Shown here: in pieces, positions 39,701-52,003 of the stretch
How the letters are laid out: each line of letters starts with the position of its first letter
Numbering within the stretch: position 1 is the first letter of the stretch
Source of the DNA: Klebsormidium nitens
Lineage: Eukaryota; Plantae; Klebsormidiophyceae
Length of the DNA: 64,000 nucleotides
NCBI GenBank assembly: GCA_000708835.1
Contig: DF237341.1
Location: 23,108 to 87,107, forward strand
Reading direction: 5' to 3'
Program-made: the position numbers and the translations under genes
Notes under the pieces: model-generated
Told to the model about the DNA's origin: nothing
Seen by the model: the letters and a program-made list of their open reading frames with translations, nothing else
The model's database searches: none

Positions 39701-42646
39701 AGCCTGACCAGGAAGCCGGACCACAATGATTGGTCGGACGCAGAATAGCAGGACCCGTTCGAAAGACAACGGCGTTGGTGGATGCTCACTTGGTGTTGTA
39801 GTCGCGGATGGGGTTTGTGGGCTTGACCAGCTTGTCCAGCAGCACCTTGCCCTTGCCCGACACCAGCGTCACGCGCGTCAGCTCCAGCCCCGCCTCCGTG
39901 TAGCACTGCACAGCACACACGCAGCCAGGCGGCTCAGCCAATGCGATACACGTCTGACAAAGCACGGCTGTGTCGGAGAGGAGAACCCACACATGCAAGT
40001 GGTGGTAAGCTTGCAGCAATCAGCTTGTGACCAGGTGGACTTCGAGCTATCCCTACTTTCTCAAACCCTTTCACTAAAAGACGGCACCCGGTTCTCACCA
40101 TTTCGCAGTCCACTGCCACCATGGGCTGCCGCTTCTTTGTACCTGCCAAGTCTACTGCAGGCCGCGTCTGTACAAAACCTGCACAGTCAAGGTGGTCGTC
40201 AAGTTAAAGGTGAAAAACGCAGATTGTCCTCCTGCTTGCGCCTCAGTTATAGACGAGAGTCAGGCACCCGCCTCCTCAACTGCTGATCTTGAGTAGTCCA
40301 CTATCATGAACCAAAATCGTCGAAACATGTTCCAGTCAAGATTCCAATCGGCTCGTCCCCAGATCCGGACAGAAGTGCAAGCCCTACCTGGCGGACAAGT
40401 CGGTGGATCCCCTGGTATGACTGTTGGATACTCGTTGTCCCGCATCTCTGTTTCTGTCAGCACGTAATAGGAGGGGGGGAACGGAGGAGGACCGCTGTTC
40501 CTCCTCCTCGAAAAAACGGGGGCCCCACGAGCTGCACCAGCCTTCGCCCCCGCTCCTTGCCCTGCTTTCACATCAGCTGCCTCAGACGTGCTTGCTTTCT
40601 CAGAAGAACCCTCCACGCCATTCCGTTCGTCTGCTGCCGGCGTCCCTACGCCTTCCCCTGGAGCTGGCCCCACTTCTCCGCTCTCTTGTTGGTCTGCGCC
40701 AGCTAGTGACGACCCTTCTGGTGGCTCTGCTGTGGTTCCTCTCTTCCCACTGCCCTGCTCCAACATGTCAGTAATCTCGCCCTCCTCTGTTGCTCCACTC
40801 ACTACACTTTTGCCCTCCACTTTCTGTCTCTTCTTCTGAGGTTCTGCGACCTGGAGTGCCGGTTCAGCTGTAACTGCCCCTTTCCCGTTCACCGCTGTGC
40901 TAGCTGGCGGAGGCTTCTCCCCTGCATCCCCCAGCTTGCGCTTTTTGACCCCAGGCAGAGACAGCAACACGCCGGCCGCACTGACCACGTCCGCTGTGGG
41001 CCTGAGGAAGCAGGTCAGGCAGCTGAGGCAGCGGAAAATAGTTTACTTGTGTGCTTCTACTATGCAAACTGGCAGCAATTGATACTTTGATATTCTACGG
41101 AGTGCATCTTTACTAAAATTAAGGCAACGCGACTGACATGCAATCACTCCCGCATACATCAGAACCAGTCATCGAGCGGGATTGTCAACAGGCATTGATA
41201 TCAGTTTCCTCTTGGCCAAGATGTCACCGATTACTTTCGTGCCATTTTGAGAATAGTGTGAAGACACGCTCCCACATAAGTCAACGGCCTGACGAGGACA
41301 CGAAGCACCTATTGTTCTTCGAAGGATGCACGGAGAAGCTACTGGACTTCGGAAACAACACTGCAAGAAAGCTAGATTTATTCAGACCGGAAAGCAGGAA
41401 CTTACTCGAGCCCCCCGGCAACTCGATGTGTGCCAAACGTGGTCCGGATGTTGGGAAAGAGGTCTGGCCTGGCGGAAAACAGAACGGGGTCCAGGCCCGC
41501 GGCATACAGCAGGACCACCTTGGACACGAGAGGCTTGTTCTTAAGGAAAACCCAGGGAGGCATGATGCCGTCCGCCAGCGTCCACGTAACCAAGCCAGAC
41601 ACATCCTGCAGCAGTCAATAACAACGCTCAAGTTGCGAAATACGTGTGCAAATGGAGCGCAGATATCACTCGAGGAACCACTCAATACCCTCACTTGAAG
41701 CCGTTGCTGAAAGTGTGGTGTTGCAGGAAAATATCCGAGGAGTGCCTGGTTCCAAATAACCCTAGCACTGGGGGCCAGAACCTACTCACCTGAAGTCGTA
41801 TCAGCTGCTCTGAGCGCGCAGGAGGCTTCAGTTCGATCTCTGCTCGAGCCTGCATGCACCACTTACGGATTAGAAGACAAATTGAGTGCTCACCAACTCG
41901 CACTCATATATTGTTGAATCATCGTGCTGATCTTAAGAATAGACATCCTATGCTTTTGAGTGACAAACAAACTAAAAGCTTGGTCAGACTAAGTATTGCA
42001 GAATGGTTGTTGAAAGCTTCCCACAAATCAGTCTTCTAATCCGGATGAAAGCCTCACGTTAGGTCCATACACGTCGTAGTAGTCACTCATTGTACCCTTC
42101 CCTTGTTCCACCAGCTTTGCTTTCTTCTTTCGTTGACGTCTCTTGCTTCCAAGTCGAGCAGGAGCTGCAAATGGAAAAAATGGTCCAGAGATCAATGGAC
42201 AAGCCAACTGGCATGTCTTAAACCTTGTTGCACTTCAAGAAGTTCGTTGTAAAGGCTGGTCCACAAGGAGGAATCCCATGTTCATTCACTGGCATTCAGG
42301 GCGGGTGAAATATTAAGCAGCAACAGCATTTCAGCACCGCACCATTACCAGCTTCTCCAATATCGGAGCCCTGCAAGCAATGCCAAAGTATAGAAACGCA
42401 ACTTGGGGGTTTGAGGACTTGATGCTTGGTGGTGCGGATCAGCCCTGTAGTATGTCATTGACTGCACATATGGTTTGTTGACACTGAGAACGTCGGCGCT
42501 AAGCAAAACCCACCTTGAACACTTGAATTGGTGGCTTGCCCCATCTCAAATGTTTGCTGCGGAACAAACTCCCCTTCTTCAATCTCTCCATCCTCCTTTT
42601 CGGCCCCTGCACCTAGCAAGCCCCTGTAGTTGATTGGCACGTCCAT
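36741..42646 (-). CDS. SDN5: DEDDh 3'-5' RNA exonuclease, SDN5/REX1 (Rnh70)-like
   Basis: YYDVYGP...[34 protein letters not shown]...[17 protein letters not shown]...[22 protein letters not shown]...[17 protein letters not shown]...SGIT...[15 protein letters not shown]...IDTA...[19 protein letters not shown]...[10 protein letters not shown]...[22 protein letters not shown]. All DEDDh residues are present. An extra upstream exon is possible (ttag/GAG acceptor just 5' of the ATG). Confidence 0.93.
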
Positions 42647-43238
42647 CAGTAAGCTCTCCTAAGAGGAACAGGTCTCCACCCCTTCTCTGGCACCTACAGA
42701 TCAGTATTTACTATTGCCCCATTGTCGCCCTAGTCACTGTCAGCGCGTTCACGTATGAAGCCCCAGCTCCTTTCAGCTAGGCAGGCAGAGTTCTGGGCTC
42801 AAGCTCAGTGCTTCAGGAACGTCTCCGCTTCCAGCCTTGCAACCAGGCGTGGAGCAGAACGGAAAGAGCTCAAACCTGCATTTCGCGGCGACGTGATCGG
42901 AGCCAACATCTTTTTGATGCTTGACGACTTGGTAGTAAAGGTCGCTCGAGCTGGCGGAGCCGTTCCGGTAGCATGGGAGCGGAATATCACTGAAGTTCCG
43001 CTCTCACACCCTTCCCCAGCTCTAGCTGATCTTCCTGTGCCATGCAATGGCATCTTCCCCACTTCGCATTTCAACCTGCTTCACGTCTTGGACACCATTG
43101 GCGTTTCCTTCAAGTGGCATCAGTTGTACTAGTAGCAATTGCATCGGCAGCGGGCACCATTTTAATGAAGCTCCTGACCTTTCATGATTGTGCTTTGTAA
43201 GAAAGAAAACTGGCGATCTGCCACATACAGGAGGAGAC

Positions 43239-46200
43239 ATGATTCACGGCAGCTCCAGTTGCCCTCGGTGTTGTGCAACTTTTCATGCTGCATTAGACGA
43301 ACGCCCAGCTTGGATTGAAAGGGTGCGCCAGGTTGACGCTCCGAAACAGACTCCTTGGAGTAGCCACGTTCAGAATGTAGATGATGTGGGTTCCAAAAGT
43401 GAATGTGCCCAGGTTTCAGCCCAAATCAGCCTCCGGTGTCCACGTTGTAAGGGCCAGCTGGCCTTTTGCGAGATCTGCGAGAAGCCCCTCCCAGTTCCAG
43501 TGGAGACGGAAGGGTGAGGATGCTGCCTTACTCGCATGTCCACGGGCTTGTTGGAAAAGGATTGCCCCTCATTGTTGCAGCATTCTGCAGCTGGTTTTCA
43601 GTCCAGCTGATGTCTGACATCCAGATGCCAATTCAGCGATATGCATGCCTAGGCGTGTGTGCGAACTGGATTGGTGACAATTGCAACCAAGGCCCTGGAG
43701 TAATGCAAATAACCTGGACCATGCAGGCCTTCCAAGTGCAAGACATGTGGCTACCCTGTTCACTTCCCCACGGATACTGGCATCACCGCAGCTCCGCAGA
43801 GACTTTCTGCTGAGCAGGTAACCAACGTCTATCCTCGTTGACAACATCCGTTTTGTGTCACAAGCATTGTCGAAAGGTCCTAGTGCCTTCCCCGAATCAA
43901 CGATGTTGACCAACTGTGACGCCAGCTCAGCTTTCTTGCAGGTCAGGCGCATCCAGCTGTCTCTCTGTGGCAGGAGGTCGTACTATGCGACAAAGCAAGT
44001 TGAGCTTGGGCGCCTCAGCCAGGTGGGTGGTGGGCCAGGCAACACCAATTCTGGAGGCCGTTAAAGAACAAGCTTTTGGTCCAGCCTCCTCATACGAAAC
44101 CTTCTGTTGCATTAGAGCTAGCCTATGTGATAGTAGTGCCAGGCTGTTGTCCTCGCAGTATCAGGTGTTTCCTGATCCGCAGTCTTGTACAATTGCCTGG
44201 TCACACTACCACCAGCTGGAATAGTGATGCAATAAAAAGTCATGGAACTCCATTCCATTGGCTGCTAATCCCTTCCACTTTCACAGGCATACGCTGAGCT
44301 GCGGGCGCCAGCGACCACCCCACTACTGCTGGGGCCACCTTTGGGAGATGGCCTGTCTCTTGGAGACATCAAGACGCCTGACTTTAAGTCATATCTGGCA
44401 CCGCACCCGGCCGAGCTTGGAGATGGTGCTACAGTGTTCCCGTTACATCGCAAGCGGAAGGATGGCTCTCTGAGTGGTGCGTTGAATGACAGCAACAAGA
44501 GCGCCACGCCTAGCAGTGACGAGAAGCGGAGCACAAGCTCCGACATCCGTGGCCGGGGCGCCCCAACGCCCATCACGTCTGTGTCTGCCTCGGGCCGCTT
44601 ATCGCACCCTCCCATCAAGCGTCGGAAACTCGAGCTGCAACCCCCGCCCTGCACAGTGGCCTTGCAGGGCGGACACGGGGAAGAACAGCCACTAGGTCCG
44701 GGTTCCGGCATCTCTCTGTCGTTCCGGTCTGGTAAGTCGGGCCACCCTTTCCAAGAAACAAACGTCGCGGCAGCTACCGGGAACACCCTTCGTGCGACAG
44801 AAGGGGTCGGAAACGAGGGGGTCCTGGGGGTGGGGAGCAGTAGTCAGGACCTTGAGCACCATACCCCCCCAGATGCAGCGGAAGATCGGGTGGGTCAGGA
44901 AAAGGGCCTCGAGGAGCTGAGCAGCGGGGGGCACAGCAGGGTGAATGCGCGGGTGGGGGACGACAGCGGGAGCGGGCAACATGCAAGCCAGGAGCCGAAC
45001 ATCGAAAGATCGAGACCAGCGGATGCTGTTAAGATGGCACGTCGAGAAGAGTACGTCGGGAAGCCGAAGTCCAGGGCGGAAGCTGGGGTTGCATCTGGAA
45101 GTGAGGACCCAAGCCTAGAAAAGCAGGGGAAAGGGGAAGCTCCGCGGTGTGCGTGTACGTGTAGAGAGGGTTCTGAGGCAGCATGCCGGCCCTGCCGTCT
45201 GAGGGAGGTGGAGGCCGCTCTGGTGCTGTGCCGCTACCAGCTGCTGTGCCTCAAGTGCCCGGCTACCGAGGCGCAGGAGAGGGACGCACAAGCACGCCCC
45301 GCTTTTGACCTTGCGGACCTGGCGCTGCTCAGAGCACGCCTGGGGGCTCTTGCAACAGGGGGGGACAGCGAGCAGGGAGGCTGCTGCAAAGCTGTGCTGG
45401 AGGGGGCGGAGCGATTCTTGGAGCAAAGGCCGGGTCTGCTCCATCTCAGGGTAAGGTGCCGGAGTGCACTGGTCGAGTCGCTCAAATGATTAATCGGCCC
45501 ACACTTGGACTTGCCAACACGCTAGTACAACAATGGTTCGGCATCTTCTCCTCCTCAACATCAGTTCAACATCAGTTTCTGTGTACAGATCGAAGTCAGA
45601 CCCTTCGCTCTTGTGACGCTGATAGTTGATGCAATCTCGCTTGTAACGCAGTGATTCTTGTTTCCCTTATGCAGGAGTTTTCGCAGGCAGCAGGAAAGGC
45701 GAGCCGGCGCAGCTGCGCAGACCTGGGTGCCTTCAGCCAGCAATACCCCTCTCGCCCATTGGTCAGCCATCTTTGCTTCTCCGTATTTCCGCTATCTCAT
45801 GCCGTACAAGTTGTCGTTCAGCCCAGTCAAGGGAGTGAGGGAGACAAGTGGGGCTTGTTTACAATTGAGATGATTGAGGTTCTGATTGCAAGTAGGGCAT
45901 CGGCAAGCTTCGTCTCGGATCGAGCAAAGTACCAACGGCAATACGGACGGCCTTCGCTGTCGAGAAGTTCAGATTTTCGATCATGCCTTTCTGCTTTCGA
46001 TTTTCGCTGCGACCCTGAATATCGAGGAATCCGGAAAAGACAACGGCGAAGCTTTCTGGACTCTTGTGATATTCGCATTGGCGTATGTGTAGCTTCAACG
46101 GGTGGAAAGGGAACTTCGCTCTTGAAACGGACATCGATGTGAATCAGATGTTCCTTCATGCCCGCAACCTGGCCAACTCGCGAATTGCACAAACGCACTA

Positions 46201-46681
46201 ATTACGTCGGAGGGCCGTCCTTTTAGTCTCGCCACGGAAGCTGTTAGACATGTGCGAAAGGCTCGGTACAAGAGCTGTTCGAGCCTGGTCGCGTTGACTT
46301 CGAAGGGGCTGAATGCGTATCCGCCCGTAATTGCAGGCTGGCCTCCGAGCGCTGAAGTCACTCCTTGACGAGAGGAGCACTGATGCTCACGCACGTGCCA
46401 GGGCTGCCACGTCACCGTTCAGGGGCCTCCTGGTGACCATCTCCGACCAGGTCGAGGCCCTGCGGAGGTCCGGTGCGGCTGTCGGACAGTCAGGAAGTAC
46501 GGGTGCGAGCGAGACCATAGGCCGATCGGTGTTCGCGGACCTGCAAGCGGTGGTTCGTGAAAGGGAAGCAGTAAAAACACTGCAGGAAGGAGAGCTGAGA
46601 GAACGGAGGCGATTAAAAGAGATTTGCGGGGACCTGAGAGAACTGTATCGAACTATCTGGTCAACCGTTGGAGGTTTGTAA
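43239..46681 (+). CDS. Hypothetical Cys-rich (zinc-ribbon-like) putative nuclear protein
   Basis: Phase-consistent exons 43239-43514, 43727-43817, 43941-44021 and 44287-45450, then exons near 45675 and 46337-46681. Product: CPRC...CPRCKGQLAFCEICEKPL...CKTCGYP; basic clusters HRKRK and IKRRKL; a second Cys cluster CACTC...CRPC...LCLKC; a helical C-terminus. No family recognised; the start and the exons around 45.7-46.3 kb are uncertain. Confidence 0.6.
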
Positions 46682-48122
46682 TCCGTTTGTCATCTTGCTC
46701 GCGGCCTTGCCAAGGCTCCGAGAAGCTTCAACGGACGTCTGGTCTGATAAATATGTCATGAGCTAGCACCGCCTCTCTGACTCGCTTCTCTTGCGGGAGC
46801 TTTGCAAGCTCAAGTGATGCACGCCGCACTGATGGAGCAATTCTGCATGAAATAATACCGTTGTACCTTCGAGGTCGCTACTTCGAACGAGTAATCTACG
46901 TGCGTACCCTGGTCGCAAAATTGAGCAAATTTAGGAATCCGTGATCTTGTGCAGCAAAGCCCTAAAAGGACAGGCCGGCCACACCTTGAGAAAAGCGTTA
47001 GCGCAGCTCTTCTGCAGCTAGGCCTGACACGTTCCGCAGAGCTCCTAACAGTCGATCTAGCTTATAATTCGGCCGGCCCACAACCAAACGGCAACGGCGC
47101 GCCATGATCCGTTTATATTCTAGAAAGTGTGTGCGCCAACTGTGGCGATCGACATGATCCGAGTTCCTCATTATATAAGGTTTGGCTATATTTTAACAAG
47201 GTCATGCAGCGCGCTGCATTATGCTGGACGTATCGTTGATCATCTTGATTCTCAAGTGACCAAGGGTCCGATCCTCCGCATGCCTATGTGCCAGGAATCT
47301 CAATGATCTGCGGAGCTATTAGATCGAGGACTCCGGCGTATGGAACAATCTAAAGTATGCGTAAGACTTCCTTTAAGGACAAAATTTGAACGAACATGTA
47401 CTTCTTTCTCATTTGAGTAAGTCTCATTCTGAAGCTTCCCCTGTTCTGCTAAGGACCAGGCCTGTTGTTGCTAGCTCTTGGAACGGCCCGAGATTTAACG
47501 CATAACGCGCTCAAACGACCACTCGGCTACTCGCAGTTGACACTCATGCACTCCTGCCTCTGCGTTGGATTCAATCACGTCGTTACTTCTCCGTCACCCG
47601 GATCAAGATGCAACCAGGCCAGGTACTGGTAGGCACGTTCTCGCGCGGCCAAATGTTTGCTGCAAATCTGTACAGAAGATTACGCGCGCGCGCGAGCTGG
47701 CGAGCTACAGCGTCAAGGCGGCATATGCGGACCAACGGTGTGCCTAAGCTGGGCGGTTGTGAAGTGCTGCAACTTGCCCAAATTTGTGAATACAGCTCCT
47801 CCGAGTCGAGCGTCTGCGCCTTTCCGTTTACCTGCATCATGCACTTTGGAAACGACAGGCGCTCGCACGTGCTTATGGATGAACCTTGCCTATGCTTGCT
47901 CAGAATTCCAAATGTTACTCGATCTTGTGGATAAGACACCCTATCGTCAAGTAAAGTTTCCGTACGAGCCACAAGAAACATTCTTACCCAAGCCTTTGTC
48001 CAGGATCAAACTAGCAGTGCATGGCGTTGGCTTGCCGCTGCTTCCGAATGTCAAGTCGACTGCGGTGTCAGAAGTGCCGATGGCCATCGTGACGTGGAGG
48101 CAAACCGATCTGTCCACTTATC

Positions 48123-51100
48123 ATGAGTTGCTGGCGGCTCAGAGGCGTCCCAACTCCCCTTGGGCTCCAAGCTGAGCTTGACAAGCTGTTCCCTCAGTAC
48201 CCGGCAGGGAACTTCGAAGGCAACAAGGCCCCCCCGACACACCCGCCGCATGTGGGCGTGTTCCAGGCTGTCGCCAGTTCTGTGCATGGACACAACCGTT
48301 GGCCTTCGACGACTTGTGAGGCTCTTTCTGTCTGTAGTTCACTGCCATGCCCGCTACACCACTCGAGCAGCTCTGCAGTCTTATGGCGCCCGTTGCAGTG
48401 TCAAGACTCCAATCCAAGGGCTTCAGGAAGTTCTCATGTTACAGTCCAGGCCTTTGGATCCAGCCCATAGCATTAAGCGTCGTCTGCTCTACTTCTGTTT
48501 TCAAAAGCTCTAGTCGCTCGGCTGCGGAGTTGACGAGGTCGCGCATTGCTTTCGGAGGGGAGCCCTCCCACAGAAAAGCTGGCGGCTGCCATTGCGTTGG
48601 GGAGCATTCAGCTCGGACTGGTAGAAGCATCAAGGAAGCGAGTTCGCGCATTTGCAAGGGCAGTTTCAAGCGGAGTGAAGCTGTCTATCAAGCACGTGTG
48701 GTTTCGCCGGTCTTTCATCACGCGTCCCCCGCAGGCTGCGCAGCTCACGGACGACGTTCTCGCGGTGCAAGACAAGACCGATATGATGGAGACGGCCCAG
48801 GTAAAGCAGCCTCCGTGTCGCGATGTGTTCCTATCCGTTGCTCTCTGTTCATCTCTTAATGTGATTGCTTATCCTTCACATTTTGCAGGCTGTCCTTCAG
48901 GGTCTATTTTTTCAAGCCTCGTGATCTTTTGAGTAAAGATGAAGGGAGCGAAATTACAGTTCGAAAAGGAAACCCTTGTTAACAAATGCAGGTGGCAAAA
49001 CAAATGATGATGTTTTCGCGAGAGAGGTTAATCAAAGAACATGGCTGTATTGAATATCTTGGCAAGAGATTCATAAGTTGATACATTCTTCGTTTGGCCA
49101 GAGTCTCCTCAACTTGCCAGCAACTGGTGATGTAGCTTCGTTTCAGGCACTGCTCTCCACCTGACAGCACGTAGCCTCTGAGGCGCAAGCCCACGTGCTC
49201 AAAGTTCTAACTTCATCTGGTTCCTGCGCTCGCAGCAACCATCCGGCCAGGAGCTAATTGATCGTGGGGTGCTGGTGAAGCGCATCGAGCAGGTGAGTTG
49301 GAGCACCAAGATTAAACCTCGCACACCGATAGATGCCCTGAGAAACGTTGTAGTAGCGCCAACCGCATTCCTCACGAACTTTGTCTCGTGATGCGGTTCT
49401 TCTATCAAGCCGATATCATTGTCAGGTTAGATGACCCTTTCCAAGGTGCACGGTGTGGATTTCGAGAACTGCTCTTGAATTAAGCCTGTCCAAGGGCAAA
49501 GCCGTGCGGAGAATACAGTCCCTTATGTCACAGTGTACCCGCACTTCAAAGGCAAGGAGGTGAAGTGGATTAGGTTGTTGTTTGTTCGACAGCCTATTCT
49601 TCTTCGAGAAATCTCCTTACTCCCATGAAAAAGCTCTCAGGATTGACTGTATGTGTCTGTCGATGTCGTATCAATGCGACCTGAAGGGGATGCGCTGAAC
49701 TTTCAATCAATTACCTTTTCTTACTTTTCGGTCCACTATTTGGCCCGGCACATTTGCACATGAACTGACCTGACTCCGCCACCTTGCTTGCGTGCAGATC
49801 GAGCACCAGCTGAGCGACCTCGCATCGCAAGTCCCGACCACTCCCAAGTCGCCCCTGGACGCCCAATTCAGCGCCCCGGGCACCCCCCAGGCCGGGGCCG
49901 GCAAACCGGTGCCGCTCACCAAGCGGGTGGAGCAGCTCGAGGAGGAGCTCGCGGAAGCCAAGCACGTGAGGCTCACGTCGGAACGAACCGTTGGATGTGC
50001 CTCTGTCTATCGAAGATCTTGAGTCCCACAAATGGAAAGTGTACCTCGAAAGAATGAAACTGGACCTAGTTGGCACTGTCAGAACGAGAACAGTCCAAAA
50101 TTTCAGGAAGGTACATGTGTAGATATTTTATGGCTGCCATGTGCCCCGCCACTAGTGTTTTGGCCGGGATTGATAGAGACCTTCTCTGACTATTGAAGTG
50201 TGACTGTCAGCACCTTAAGCTTCGAAAGGCCCTTTTACTTTCCCCCGGTCGTACGCTCTTTCTGACGCCTTCGCTTACGTTGCTGCCCGTGCAGAGGCTG
50301 GCGGAGCTGGCCCCCCCTCCCAGCGGGTGGGAGCGCCCGGGTGAGCCCGGGGAGCAGGTGCCCGCCCGCGAGCGCCGCCCCGCCAGGCGAGCCCAGCAGG
50401 AGGCCGAGTGAGCAGCGCCTCTTCGAAACTCTCTCCTGATGACGTCAGTCTATGCTAGAGGGGTTGTATTGTGGGTGGGCGCTCAAAAGTCGGTCTGAAG
50501 ATTTATCTGGTTTTTGAAGCAGTTGAAGTGCGGGCAAGCTTAAGGGATGGCCTTTTGACCATGTTCGCCTTGCTCCGATCACTAGCCTCTTTTGTCTCTT
50601 CTCAAGGTGCGCCCGCTTCAGGTCTTCTTTTCTCTGTGGATAATACGTCCACAAATACCGACCGACGCAACCATCAAGTTTTTATAGCAGTCACTACTTC
50701 GGAAGCAAAGACTATGTCGGAGTCTCTAGCCATTGGTCAGCGTTTGGCTTCTCAAGCTGTAGGTATCTCAATCAAAAGACTCACATCGCATTTAAACGGA
50801 ACAAATCACCTCTTTTCAACTCTCGTGGTGGACTACCCAATCAGAGAAGCTCCTGCCAGTCTTTCCAAGCTGTGAGCCAATAGCCGCGAGTGGGTTTCCA
50901 TGCTCCCACTCTGTCAGGCGGCCGCGTCACCCCCGCTTTTGCTGCGTGCTTCCCAGAGAAGAAGAGGAGGGAGGCGAGGAGGAGCAGGAGCGCGGGGTGC
51001 GCGCACAGCGGCGGGGGGCCGCCCCGCGGAAGAAGCCGCTGAGCGAGAGGATCAAGGGGCCGTTCGAGAGGCTGGAGGAGAAGGTCGAGGAGGCAGTCAA

Positions 51101-52003
51101 GGCTCCCAAGAAGAAGCAGACACGCCGCAAGGTGAGGAAGCCGAGGGGAGAAAGGTTGACTGCAGCTTAAGCCATTTGGTGGCGTGCGGATAGAACTTGT
51201 CTTGATGATATCGAACGGCAAGTCAACTTGTGAGTTTGCGGTTCTTAGGTGTCTCTGTAAGAAACATCGACACGTGGCGGTATGCGGGCTCTGCATTTTC
51301 CACTGACTGATTTGGCCCTTTCTTAGGGTATCCGCTGGCCTCGCTCTGATTCGACGTTATGTCGTTTGATCGCGTGGCTTGGTGACAAGGTTTGATCAGT
51401 CATTGCCGTTTGAGATACCGTTTTGCAACAGTCCGCGACCTTGACTTGCCTTTGCTTTCGCTTTCATTGCTGATTGCTTGGTGCAACTCCCGTTTTGGAC
51501 AGGAGGAACAGTACGAGGAGGAAGAGGAAGAGGAGGAGGAGGAGTACGAAGAGGAAGAAGAAGAAGAAGAGGAGTACGAGGAGGCGCCGGCGCCCAAGAA
51601 GAAGGTGACGCGCCCGCAGCGGGAGGAGGCGGCGCCCAAGAAGACGACGATGGGCCGCGCGCGGCGCGAGGAGGAGGAAGAAGCGGCGCCCCGCAAGAAG
51701 GCGCCGGCCAAGAAGAAGGCCGCGCGGCCCAGCAGGGAGGAGGAAGAAGAGGGAGAAGAGGAGGAGGAGCAAGAGAGGCAGGCGCCGGCGCGGGCGCGGG
51801 CGCCGCAGAAGGGGGCCCCGACGGCCCCGCGCGGCAAGGCGAAGCCCAAGGTGAAGCGCCGAATCATCGAAGAGGAGTACGAGGTCGAGGTGCCAGAGGA
51901 GGAAAGGGAGGAGGAAGGGGAGGAGGTCGAGGCGAAGCGGGGGGGCGCGAGAGGGGGTAGAGGGCGCCAGCGCCGGGGAGACAGGGGGTGTGCGTTCATG
52001 TGA
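48123..52003 (+). CDS. Hypothetical acidic/basic low-complexity protein with short coiled coil and C-terminal CaaX (CAFM)
   Basis: Exons near 48123-48250, 48734-48799, 49798-49965, 50294-50408, 50957-51132 and 51502-52003 join in frame; the apparent stop at 50411 is bypassed by the donor GA/gtgag and acceptor cag/A. Product includes LTKRVEQLEEELAEAKHRLAEL, poly-Glu tracts and KKK/RR clusters, and ends GDRGCAFM*. The start is uncertain. Confidence 0.7.

Noticed and set aside
47657-48175. 172-aa ORF upstream of the CaaX gene
   Set aside because: Non-ATG start, no coding bias or motif, and it overlaps the likely first exon in another frame.
50409-50411. Apparent stop ending a short gene at 50411
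   Set aside because: The TGA overlaps a GA/gtgag donor that splices in frame to the 50957 exon, so the gene continues to 52003.
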